From: Patescibacteria group bacterium
GTDB taxonomy: Bacteria > Patescibacteriota > Minisyncoccia > Phycocordibacterales > UBA9973
Length of the DNA stretch: 64,000 nt
Direction of reading: 5' to 3'
Assembly: GCA_038061925.1 (NCBI GenBank)
Contig: JBBTYD010000002.1
Coordinates: 352 to 64,351 of the forward strand
Part shown: positions 8,534-17,376 of the stretch, in pieces
Position numbering within the stretch: the first letter of the stretch is position 1
Layout: each line of letters opens with the position of its first letter
Program-made: the position numbers and the translations under genes
The notes under the pieces: model-generated
The model's database searches: none
What the model saw: only the letters and a program-made list of their open reading frames with translations
Told to the model about the DNA's origin: nothing

Positions 8534-8827
8534 TTATTTTAAGTTTTTCTTTTCTAAAAAATCTACTCTGGATTTTAATTTATCATGGTCTTCATATTTA
8601 ACCCTATTTAATGACATATCATCGAGCCTTCTATTTACACCACCAATATGATAAATCAAATTATTTTCAATCCTAGCCATATTTCTACCTACTTCTTCAA
8701 ATCCTTTGGCTGTAGATATAGCCAATTTTTCAATATCACCCTTATTGTCCTCAAAACCTTTAGCAACCATCATCGCTAATTTATCAATTGTCATCTTTTT
8801 AGTTTTTACTTCTTTTTTCTTAATCAT
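8534..8827 (-). CDS. Hypothetical protein with an internal AKGFE(D/E) duplication
   Basis: 97 aa. Repeated motif ...MVAKGFEDNKGDIEKLAI / STAKGFEEVGRNMARIEN... Confidence 0.35.
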   Translation of the reverse strand: MIKKKEVKTKKMTIDKLAMMVAKGFEDNKGDIEKLAISTAKGFEEVGRNMARIENNLIYHIGGVNRRLDDMSLNRVKYEDHDKLKSRVDFLEKKNLK

Positions 8828-8902
8828 ATTATTTTATCTTTTTTAGACTTTATAACATTAAAAACTTGATTACTTTATAACTAATCTTCCCAGTATATCA
8901 AA

Positions 8903-9547
8903 CTATATTTTCGTCCGCAAGCTTTCTATCTCCGCTTGGAATATAGCTGTCCGGGCGGGATTGATAGTGATTGCCTTCTCTAAATACGCTATGGCTTCAG
9001 CGTATTCCTTATTTTCAACCAAATATGAAGCATAACCGGTAATTAAATCAATATTGTCTTTAGTATTTTTCAAGCCTTCAAGATAAATCTTTGAAACAAT
9101 GTCAAAAGGGGCTTTTACATAATAATTTTCAAAATATGCATATTCCACCCAGTTGCTGGCTATCCGGCTGTCGGCAATAAGGGCTTTTTTTATCGCATTT
9201 TCGGCATTTTGGTAATCTTTCAGCCCCAGATAAACGGAATATAAAGAGCGGTAAATACGATCATTTTGCTCTAACAAAACGGCTTTTTTAAGGTAAGGTA
9301 GGGCTTGTGCATACTGCCCCTTTAGGTAAAATTCATGGCCTTTATTGATTAATTCTTTGTAAGTAGGAGCGGGGGCTGGTTTCACTTCTTTCACGACGCT
9401 TGTGGTCGAGGTCCCGATTTCGGTCGGGATTTCTGCTGGTCTCTCTTGAACTGGGGCTTGCTCTTTCCTGGCGAACAAAGAAAGACCTCCAACAACAAGC
9501 AATATCATTGTAATGTATGCGAAATTTTTATATGAATTTGATGCCAT
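8903..9547 (-). CDS. Membrane-anchored TPR-repeat protein
   Basis: TPR-like helical repeats (AQALPYLKKAVLLEQND..., YQNAENAIKKALIADS..., YAEAIAYLEKAITINP). An N-terminal TM segment follows the Met at 9547. Confidence 0.55.
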   Translation of the reverse strand: MASNSYKNFAYITMILLVVGGLSLFARKEQAPVQERPAEIPTEIGTSTTSVVKEVKPAPAPTYKELINKGHEFYLKGQYAQALPYLKKAVLLEQNDRIYRSLYSVYLGLKDYQNAENAIKKALIADSRIASNWVEYAYFENYYVKAPFDIVSKIYLEGLKNTKDNIDLITGYASYLVENKEYAEAIAYLEKAITINPARTAIFQAEIESLRTKI

Positions 9548-9667
9548 AACAAAGAATATAGCATAAAAAGGCAAAACAAAAAACCACTCCGACCTAGGTC
9601 GGAGTGGTTTTTTGTTAAGCTAATAGATATTCGACCTTCTAAAAGCTACCTCATTAACTAATTAAAG

Positions 9668-12600
9668 TTATGAAGGATTTACGTGTGAGAGACCGAAGAT
9701 GTCACCCTTGAAAACGTAGTCTGCTTCATTGTAATCAGCAGTACCAGCGTTAATACTGAATTCAAGGTTAGCGGCAGCGTCGTCGCTGAGCCATGGCTGT
9801 AGAGTGTTGCCATCGGTAGTAAGACCACCGGTGTTAACATAAATCGTTACCGTTTCACTACCGCCAGATGGAATAGTAAGTGTACTATCCGCAAAGAGAA
9901 CTGAAGCAGAGGTGCTACCAGTTGTTGCAGCCATGTTAACTGTGTCAAGCAGAGTTCCTTCAGCATCACGAAGCGTTACAGCGTCAGTTGCTGTTGTCAA
10001 TGTGCCTGAAATCTCAAAGTTAATCTTGAGCGTGTCATCACTGTCAAAAGTAACGTCTTTGTTACCCATATTTGTGATAAGAAGTCGGCCCGCGACATAG
10101 TTAGCATTTGCTCCAAGAACAGTTGATACTCCTGCGTTATTGAATTCAACTTTTGGATATGTCTCATAAGCGGTGTGTGTAGCGGCGTCAACACTTGTCT
10201 GTGTTGAGTCTACAGCAGAACCGGAAGCAAGACCCGTGGTATCAATATCACCAGCAGCGTCAACGGTAGTAATAAGAGTATCACCATTTACGAATCCTGT
10301 GCCATCAATATCATTCAAGATAACTTTAACAGTCACAAGCTTGTAATCACTAGCTGGAATGACGAGAGAGCCCGTAGATGGGAATACTTCTGCAAGACCT
10401 GCGCTAGGAACTACTGTTCCGAGAAGCGTAGAGCCATTGTAGAACTTGTAAGAAGCTACAACGTCATCGCCACTTGTACCATCATCCGTAATCTTAATAC
10501 TGTCAACATTCAAGTTTTCAGTATTATTGGCAGCCAGTCTGAATACAGCAACTGTTTGTTCAGCTGAAGTATCGAGAAGCAAAGCCGCGGTAGGAGATGA
10601 AGAGTCAACAGAAACCGTCAGCGTACCGCCGGCAGAAACAGTCATTACTTGACCTGCGCCTGAAGGAGTGAGAGTAACTGATGTTCCGGTAGTCTTACCA
10701 TTTGCGGTAACATCACCAGAGTCAGTATCTATACTGATAGCGAATGTATCACTTGTAGTAGCGCTAGCAGAAAGGTCGGCAATTATAGCGATATTTACCG
10801 AACCATTCTTGGTAACACTAACAATCGGATTAAGATTGAAGGTCAGAAGAGCGTCTCCATCAGCGGTGCCGGTGAATTGCTTTGTATCTCCAATTTTCGT
10901 TTCATACACATCGCCTCGAGTGCTCAAAGCTGACGTCAAGTCTGCCCAGATTTCAACATTATCCACGTCTTGCGCGCCGGAAGCAGTAGTTGTATCTAAT
11001 TCGTCCACAGTGTTCTCCACAACGATAGTGGAGACATTTACGTCTTCACCAGAGTTGGAAGCGGACAATGTAGCCGTAGCCCAGATGAAGTCTTGCTGAC
11101 CCTTGACGACACTGCGAGCCGCAGGAGTCGTGTTGGTGACAGCAGTAAGAGCAGCAGCTTGAACTACCATAGTATTACCGGAAACAGCTGAAGTAGGACT
11201 TGGAGTGACAGAGTCATTGGAAGTCATACCTTTCGCCACGATACCAGTTGAAGGAGCGTCAAGATCAATCTTGATAGTGTCGCCAAGGGAAACAGCAGAC
11301 GCAAGATTTGCGGTTACCTTAACTTTCGTCACACCAACAGGAAGGATAACAACATCCGTAAATGTCACATCTTCCGTGCCTGTGATTAAGTCTTTAGGAC
11401 CGGCAAGCAAAGCGCCTGTCGTAGCGTCAACCAACTTAACATTGGTGACTTCATCATAAGTCATCGTAGCTAAAGTGGTATCAACATTGATGGAAGTAAG
11501 CTTCATTGGTTCACCCAATACTTGGAAGTCAAATGTTGCCAAATGCACATCCGAACCGGAACTAATATTGCCGGCTGCCGGAGTGGAAGACGACTTAGTG
11601 ACGGTGAGCGAACCAGCTTGAATTGTCTGGTTGCTTCCGCCTTGACCGTTAGTCAAAGAGTTCGTAGGTGTGATGTAGAAACCGTAAGTATTACCTACAA
11701 CTTGAACACGGACATCAGAACCGTCAGTAAGGTCTGCGTTTACAGTCAAGCTTGAGCCGGAAACGATGTCAACACGAACTTCAAACCTTCGAGTCTCGCC
11801 TTTTTCAAGGACGATATTCAAATTATTGAAAGTTGCCAAACCGTTTGCGTCCCAAGAAGCGGCTGTGCCGAGAGTGACCGCTTTGGAAACATCAAAAAGC
11901 TCAATGTTTGCGATATCTGAAGAAGAAGCCGTACCTTGTCTTTCAACGGCAATCTGTTTGACTGTCACCGCTTCAACTGAACCGGATGTCAATTTGAATT
12001 TATTAAGAACTACGTCTGTAGCACCGCCGTCCGGCTGTGAGTCTGTAACTGTTCCATCTTCATCAGCAGTCAATACGCCGATATCAAGAAGCACGGTACC
12101 CATAAGGTTACCCTTAACTGGGAATGAACCGCCGACTGTGACATTTGCTATTACATCGGAAGCTACATCAATACCAAGAGCCACACTTTTACCACCAACT
12201 GTAGCGTTAACTATACCTGCGCGAATGTAAAAAGATTTTACAGTGTTAGCTGGGATAGTTAGAGCTGGAGAGAAGGTAATCTGTGCTTTATTGTTAGTGT
12301 TTAGACTTCCAGATGAAGAAACCTGCACCATGTCCTCATCAAGAATCTTGATGTTTTCAACATCAGAATTGATAGAGAGACCATAGCGAGTCACATACAA
12401 GCTGGTAATGGAAACAGCTGTAGGGCCAGCACTGATTGTGAACTTTGTAAAGTTCGCATTGCCAGCGTCTGGAACTGTGCCGGAAGCTGGGTTGTCAGCC
12501 GCAAGCGCAACTGCAGCAACTCCAGAAGACACAACTACACCCGTGGAACATGATGCGCCAGTCGTAGAACTAAATCCGGAAGCGGAAGTACAACCGGCTG

Positions 12601-13057
12601 GAAGTGTCGTGCTGACTACAGCCGTACATGCTTGACCCGTCGTAGGACTAAATCCGGAAGCGGAAGCACAACCGGCTGGAAATGTCGTGCTGACTACTAA
12701 AGCCGTACATGCTATACCAGTCGTAGAACTAAATCCGGAAGCGGAAGCACAACCGGCTGGAAATGTCGTGCTGACCGCGCCACCTGTAAGGGCAGTTCGG
12801 GACTTAGCACCGAATATTCCATCGGCTACTAAACCTACGCTAGACTGCCAAGCGACAACAGCAGCTTTGGTTATGTTGCCAAAGATTCCATCAACTGGAG
12901 AGACACCAAGAGCTGTTTGAAGTTCCGTTACTTGAGTGCCCTTTGAACCTTTTCTCAAAGTGGAAGTGATAGTTGCATCAGCTGAACTTGTTGTAACAAC
13001 AAAAGCTAGAAGCATTACCATCCCTAAAAGAAATTTTAATTTTAATAATTTACTCAT
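9668..13057 (-). CDS. Very large secreted cell-surface protein: signal peptide, PG-binding domain, Cys-containing tandem repeats, many Ig/Big-like beta domains
   Basis: 1129 aa. N-terminal signal, then LRKGSKGTQVTELQTALGV...VADGIFGAKSRTAL (PG_binding_1-like). Three tandem copies of VSTTFPAGCASASGFS(S/P)TTG(I/Q)ACTA. The rest is Thr/Ser/Val-rich beta-strand domains. Confidence 0.75.
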   Translation of the reverse strand: MSKLLKLKFLLGMVMLLAFVVTTSSADATITSTLRKGSKGTQVTELQTALGVSPVDGIFGNITKAAVVAWQSSVGLVADGIFGAKSRTALTGGAVSTTFPAGCASASGFSSTTGIACTALVVSTTFPAGCASASGFSPTTGQACTAVVSTTLPAGCTSASGFSSTTGASCSTGVVVSSGVAAVALAADNPASGTVPDAGNANFTKFTISAGPTAVSITSLYVTRYGLSINSDVENIKILDEDMVQVSSSGSLNTNNKAQITFSPALTIPANTVKSFYIRAGIVNATVGGKSVALGIDVASDVIANVTVGGSFPVKGNLMGTVLLDIGVLTADEDGTVTDSQPDGGATDVVLNKFKLTSGSVEAVTVKQIAVERQGTASSSDIANIELFDVSKAVTLGTAASWDANGLATFNNLNIVLEKGETRRFEVRVDIVSGSSLTVNADLTDGSDVRVQVVGNTYGFYITPTNSLTNGQGGSNQTIQAGSLTVTKSSSTPAAGNISSGSDVHLATFDFQVLGEPMKLTSINVDTTLATMTYDEVTNVKLVDATTGALLAGPKDLITGTEDVTFTDVVILPVGVTKVKVTANLASAVSLGDTIKIDLDAPSTGIVAKGMTSNDSVTPSPTSAVSGNTMVVQAAALTAVTNTTPAARSVVKGQQDFIWATATLSASNSGEDVNVSTIVVENTVDELDTTTASGAQDVDNVEIWADLTSALSTRGDVYETKIGDTKQFTGTADGDALLTFNLNPIVSVTKNGSVNIAIIADLSASATTSDTFAISIDTDSGDVTANGKTTGTSVTLTPSGAGQVMTVSAGGTLTVSVDSSSPTAALLLDTSAEQTVAVFRLAANNTENLNVDSIKITDDGTSGDDVVASYKFYNGSTLLGTVVPSAGLAEVFPSTGSLVIPASDYKLVTVKVILNDIDGTGFVNGDTLITTVDAAGDIDTTGLASGSAVDSTQTSVDAATHTAYETYPKVEFNNAGVSTVLGANANYVAGRLLITNMGNKDVTFDSDDTLKINFEISGTLTTATDAVTLRDAEGTLLDTVNMAATTGSTSASVLFADSTLTIPSGGSETVTIYVNTGGLTTDGNTLQPWLSDDAAANLEFSINAGTADYNEADYVFKGDIFGLSHVNPS
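12530..12795. repeat. Three tandem ~78-nt direct repeats inside CDS 9668..13057
   Basis: Near-identical units ...GTCGTAGAACTAAATCCGGAAGCGGAAGCACAACCGGCTGGAAATGTCGTGCTGAC... repeated three times; they encode the 26-aa Cys-containing repeat. Confidence 0.85.
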
Positions 13058-13582
13058 AAATTTTTTCTAATTTTTATCCTGCAGTGAAATTTTTTTAAAA
13101 TTTTACTGCGGGATTTTACGCCATTAATTAGTTTCGACAAAACTAAAAGCGTAATTTTTTTCTATCTTTATTTTCTATTCGCTAATAAATAATAATTAAA
13201 AACAATTTGTAATGCAACGAATAAATAAATAAAGAACAGATGTTTACTTAATTGAAAACCGAACAAAAAACTTTTATTCAATTTTCAATGACCATCCATT
13301 TTCACTGAACTATCATTTGAGATTTTTTCGACGAAATCGCAAACGAGAATTAAAGTGAAAACAAATATAAATTCTGTGAATACAGAACGCATTATGCCCA
13401 GCATGATTTTGCTAAATCAAATGCGCATCCGCAAACACTAAGGACATTATAATATATAGCTCAAAGAAAGAGCAATATATTATGTGGATAACTCACTTTT
13501 GGGTGAATAGAAACCACCTGCCAATACTCTCATATTTTTAAGTAAAATGCAAGAAATGGGTTAGGTTTGAAGCTGGGTCCTA

Positions 13583-13623
13583 GATACCAACTTGTCAACT
13601 TGGCAAGTTGACAAGTTGGTATC
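13583..13623. repeat. Perfect 19-bp inverted repeat with a 3-nt loop, spanning the stop codon of CDS 13595..14470
   Basis: GATACCAACTTGTCAACTTggcAAGTTGACAAGTTGGTATC. Confidence 0.9.
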
Positions 13624-14470
13624 GACTCCAGCGTTTCTCTCCCGTCTTTTTAAGGACACCATCTTTCGTCATAGACATTAATTCTCTTTGGAGTGTTTTC
13701 TCACTACAGACAAGTGACCGATATGCTCCAGTATTTGTTTTTTCTTTAATGTCCTTTATAGTGGAATTTCCTCCATTATTTTTAATAATATTAATTATAT
13801 CTTCTCGTCTTTGCTTCTTTAATATATCAAATCCCAAACGAAAATTTTCAGCTTCATACGGAGCAGGATTATTTTTATTTGTGTTCTTTATGTCCGATAA
13901 GGCTTTCAACAAGGTACTTCCCTTTTGGACACCAAGCCTAGTGTGTCCTTTAAAATTTGATTCTTTTTTTTCTGAATGTCCTTTAGGAAAAGGCGCAATT
14001 AATTTATTCACTCCGGCTTTTGGCCATCCATCGGGAGAGGAAGAATCCCGAAAAAATTCTGTAAGCCACATAGACTTTTTATTTATATATTCCTGCATAG
14101 ATCCTTGTAGCTCAAGAAATTCTTTTTTTAAAATAGCGCAATTCATTTCGGAAATAAAATTCATAGCTGAAGCAATATCTAAAAAGGACACGGTTTCGGC
14201 TATTTTTGTACTAGCTTTTGCTGACTCTATGTGCCCAGCATAATTCTGCTGAATCAAATGCATGTCTGATATGATTTCAGTACCTAGACTTCTTAATTTG
14301 TGTCTGATGGGTTCATCTTTGTCTATTATGTCCGTTACCATATAGAGCGCTGTAATAAGTCTAGGAGTCTTAGTGTAGGAAATAGAAAAAGAAATGTCCA
14401 TTAAAGAAATGTCTGTATCGGTCCCCATGTCTTTAAAATTTTTATTCATAGCTTTATTCTCGGCTAACAT
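13595..14470 (-). CDS. Hypothetical protein with a C-terminal winged-helix domain
   Basis: 291 aa. The C-terminus ...NSTIKDIKEKTNTGAYRSLVCSEKTLQRELMSMTKDGVLKKTGEKRWSRYQL resembles the C-terminal wHTH found in Fic/RecG-C-type regulators. No Fic motif was found. Confidence 0.45.
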   Translation of the reverse strand: MLAENKAMNKNFKDMGTDTDISLMDISFSISYTKTPRLITALYMVTDIIDKDEPIRHKLRSLGTEIISDMHLIQQNYAGHIESAKASTKIAETVSFLDIASAMNFISEMNCAILKKEFLELQGSMQEYINKKSMWLTEFFRDSSSPDGWPKAGVNKLIAPFPKGHSEKKESNFKGHTRLGVQKGSTLLKALSDIKNTNKNNPAPYEAENFRLGFDILKKQRREDIINIIKNNGGNSTIKDIKEKTNTGAYRSLVCSEKTLQRELMSMTKDGVLKKTGEKRWSRYQLVNLPS

Positions 14471-14569
14471 TTGTCCATTATATATAGGACAAGTAAAAAA
14501 GCAACTACAAAAATTGGATTATTTTGTTAAATACGATATGGATATTTTTTTGTTTTATAAAAAGAAAAT

Positions 14570-14628
14570 AAAATGCTTTACTCGGGTCCTCGGAAGGGGG
14601 TCAGCCAGACCAGCTCGCAAAGCATTTT
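14570..14628. repeat. Palindromic element with the conserved 28-nt core GGTCCTCGGAAGGGGGTCAGCCAGACCA (copy 1)
   Basis: AAAATGCTTTactcg[core]gctcgcAAAGCATTTT, upstream of ftsK. Confidence 0.85.
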
Positions 14629-14676
14629 ATTTTCTTTTTATATTTTTTATATACTAAAATATGTTAAAATGCTTGC

Positions 14677-16863
14677 ATGGTAAAAAATGGAAACAAGGGA
14701 GATGGTCAGGAATATTCCAAGGAAAATAAATGGGGATTAAAAACTCAAACTAAACACGGAATAATGGCAATTATTTTTTTTGTTTTGGCGTTATTTTTTT
14801 TAATGTCTTATTTCGGTGTGGCTGGAAAAGTTGGAATATTTATCCATAATAATTTTATAAATTTGCTTGGTTTAGGTTATATTCTTCTCCCGGTATTATT
14901 TATTATGCTCGGATATTCATTCTTAAAATCAGAAACTCCCAATATAGGGTGGACCCGAATAATCAGCGGAATAATGTTTCTTCTTTCCAGTTTGGGAATA
15001 ATAGACATCACTTTAAAACATTCTGGAGGATTATTGGGAAAAATTTTATCAACCCCTTTTGTATCTTTTTTTGATGTGTATGCGAGCATCATTTTTCTCG
15101 GCGCAATTTTAATAATTTCAATTCTAGCGATATTTGACGCAAAGTTAAATCTCCTTCCATTTTTGAAAAAAATTTGGAATTTCAGCCTAAAGAAAAAAGA
15201 AGCGCAAAAGGAACCCGTAGAAATTAAAGAGGATATTGGAGAACCTATCCCAGAAGAGGAAAAAGAAAGTACTGGGGAAAAAATAAAAAAAGTATTAGGA
15301 GTTGGAAAAAAGAAAGAAGAGGAGGAAGAGGAAGAGATATCAATTAAAACCAGACGGGGCGGATTAGTTTCCACGTACACGCCTCCTCCACTCTCGCTCC
15401 TCGAGGAAGATAAAGGCAAACCCAACACCGGTGACATAAAAGCGAACGCAAATATAATAAAGCGCACCCTCCTAAATTTCGGCATTGAAGTGGAAATGGA
15501 TGAAATAACCATCGGACCGACTGTCACGCGTTACGCGCTCAAGCCGGCCGAAGGGGTAAAACTTTCCCGCATTGTAGGTCTGCAAAACGACCTCGCGCTT
15601 TCGCTGGCGGCGCACCCGATCAGAATAGAGGCGCCGATTCCGGGAAAATCTTTGGTCGGCATCGAAATTCCAAATAAATCAAAATCAATCGTCGGTCTGG
15701 CCACCCTTCTTTCTGACGAAAAATTCAAAAATTCTTCAAAACCTCTGACGACCGCCCTCGGTCGCAATATTTCCGGCAAAGCGGTTTTTGGAAATTTAGC
15801 CAAAATGCCACACATTCTCGTCGCCGGCACAACCGGTTCGGGAAAATCAGTCACGATCCACTCGATGATCACTTCTCTTTTATATAGAAACGGCCCAGAT
15901 GATTTGAAACTGATATTGATAGATCCGAAACGTGTGGAATTGACTCTTTATAATAATATTCCGCATTTGCTTACGCCTGTTATCACCGAGCCCAAAAAGA
16001 TAATTTTGGCTCTTAAATGGGCAGCTAAAGAAATGGACCGCCGTTATGATATTCTGGAAGCGGAATCCGTGCGAGATATAGAGTCTTATCACGCTAATAT
16101 ATATAATTCGAAGAAAAAATCCCTCGAGACTACCCTGGATAGCGGAAGCGCGCTAGATGCGGACCGCTTGCCATACATTGTCATCGTGATAGACGAGTTG
16201 GCGGATATTATGAGCTCCTATCCGAGAGAACTTGAATCCGCGATCGTGCGCCTAGCGCAAATGTCCAGAGCCGTCGGCATACATTTGATACTTTCCACTC
16301 AGCGTCCCGAAGTAAATATCATTACCGGTTTAATCAAGGCCAACATCCCGGCCCGGGTCGCCTTAAAAGTATCTTCCCAGGTAGATTCCCGCACTATCCT
16401 CGACGCTGGCGGAGCGGAAAAACTTTTGGGCGCGGGCGATATGCTCTATTCTTCGGGAGAAGCTCAACCAGAACGCTTGCAAAGCGCTTTTATTTCAGAA
16501 TCAGAAGTCAAAAAAGTCGTCAAGTATTTGACAAATGCATATCGAGATGAAATTCCGGGAGAAATAACATTAACTTCAGAATCTATTGGAGCCGATAAAA
16601 GCATTTTTGAAAGCGCGTTGGAAAATGAAAAAAATATGGAAAATGACGATGAAATGTACGAAGAAGCTCGGATGTGCGTAATCGAAGCCGGCAAAGCGTC
16701 AACTTCTTATCTGCAAAGAAAATTAAAATTAGGATACGCTAGAGCAGCCCGGCTGATGGATAAACTAGAAGAACGCGGAGTAATAAGTCCCGGAGATGGC
16801 GCAAAACCAAGAGAGGTTTTGGAGAAAATCACGCGCGACGAGACTGGAACAAATATGATATGA
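14677..16863 (+). CDS. ftsK: DNA translocase FtsK/SpoIIIE
   Basis: 728 aa. N-terminal TM helices, acidic linker, Walker A GTTGSGKSV, conserved ATPase core, and a C-terminal gamma winged-helix (ASTSYLQRKLKLGYARAARLMDKLEERGVIS). Confidence 0.95.
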   Translation: MVKNGNKGDGQEYSKENKWGLKTQTKHGIMAIIFFVLALFFLMSYFGVAGKVGIFIHNNFINLLGLGYILLPVLFIMLGYSFLKSETPNIGWTRIISGIMFLLSSLGIIDITLKHSGGLLGKILSTPFVSFFDVYASIIFLGAILIISILAIFDAKLNLLPFLKKIWNFSLKKKEAQKEPVEIKEDIGEPIPEEEKESTGEKIKKVLGVGKKKEEEEEEEISIKTRRGGLVSTYTPPPLSLLEEDKGKPNTGDIKANANIIKRTLLNFGIEVEMDEITIGPTVTRYALKPAEGVKLSRIVGLQNDLALSLAAHPIRIEAPIPGKSLVGIEIPNKSKSIVGLATLLSDEKFKNSSKPLTTALGRNISGKAVFGNLAKMPHILVAGTTGSGKSVTIHSMITSLLYRNGPDDLKLILIDPKRVELTLYNNIPHLLTPVITEPKKIILALKWAAKEMDRRYDILEAESVRDIESYHANIYNSKKKSLETTLDSGSALDADRLPYIVIVIDELADIMSSYPRELESAIVRLAQMSRAVGIHLILSTQRPEVNIITGLIKANIPARVALKVSSQVDSRTILDAGGAEKLLGAGDMLYSSGEAQPERLQSAFISESEVKKVVKYLTNAYRDEIPGEITLTSESIGADKSIFESALENEKNMENDDEMYEEARMCVIEAGKASTSYLQRKLKLGYARAARLMDKLEERGVISPGDGAKPREVLEKITRDETGTNMI

Positions 16864-16944
16864 GAGCAAATTTTACTTTTTTAAAGGTCCTCGGAAGGGG
16901 GTCAGCCAGACCATTTAAAAAAGTAAAATTTGCTCTCATATCAT
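16855..16944. repeat. Palindromic element, copy 2: perfect 31-bp arms around the 28-nt core
   Basis: ATGATATGAGAGCAAATTTTACTTTTTTAAA[GGTCCTCGGAAGGGGGTCAGCCAGACCA]TTTAAAAAAGTAAAATTTGCTCTCATATCAT. The left arm includes the ftsK stop codon. Confidence 0.9.
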
Positions 16945-16949
16945 AAAAT

Positions 16950-17294
16950 ATGGACAACAATGCGAAAAAAATATTACAAATAACCACTCTGTCTGTTTTT
17001 TTTCTGCTTATTATTACTTATGCCTTTTTTCGCTCTCAGGATCTGATTTTTGGAGTGCAAATAAAAAATGTAAATATAGTCGATGGAACAAAAGTCGCAA
17101 GCAGTGTTATGGAAGTGACCGGAAATGCAAAAAATGCGACAAATTTAACCTTAAACGGTCGGGAAATTTCAATAGATGAAAATGGTAATTTCAACGAGAC
17201 AATTGCGCTTCTGGCAGGATATAATATAATAAATATAATAGCCAAAGATAAGTTTGGATATGTTGATAAAAAAAATTATAAGCTAATGTATTAG
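16950..17294 (+). CDS. Hypothetical small membrane-anchored protein
   Basis: 114 aa with an N-terminal TM helix (ITTLSVFFLLIITYAFF). It sits between two copies of the palindromic element. Confidence 0.45.
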   Translation: MDNNAKKILQITTLSVFFLLIITYAFFRSQDLIFGVQIKNVNIVDGTKVASSVMEVTGNAKNATNLTLNGREISIDENGNFNETIALLAGYNIINIIAKDKFGYVDKKNYKLMY

Positions 17295-17295
17295 C

Positions 17296-17368
17296 TAAAT
17301 AATTTTTCTTTTTTAAAGGTCCTCGGAAGGGGGTCAGCCAGACCATTTAAAAAAGTAAAATTATCAAG
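17296..17368. repeat. Palindromic element, copy 3, with the 28-nt core, flanked by a 9-bp direct repeat AAGCTAATG
   Basis: ...AAGCTAATGtattagctaaataatttttcttttttaaa[core]tttaaaaaagtaaaattatcAAGCTAATG... The arms are about 90% complementary and share about 54 nt with copy 2. Confidence 0.85.
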
Positions 17369-17376
17369 CTAATGAT

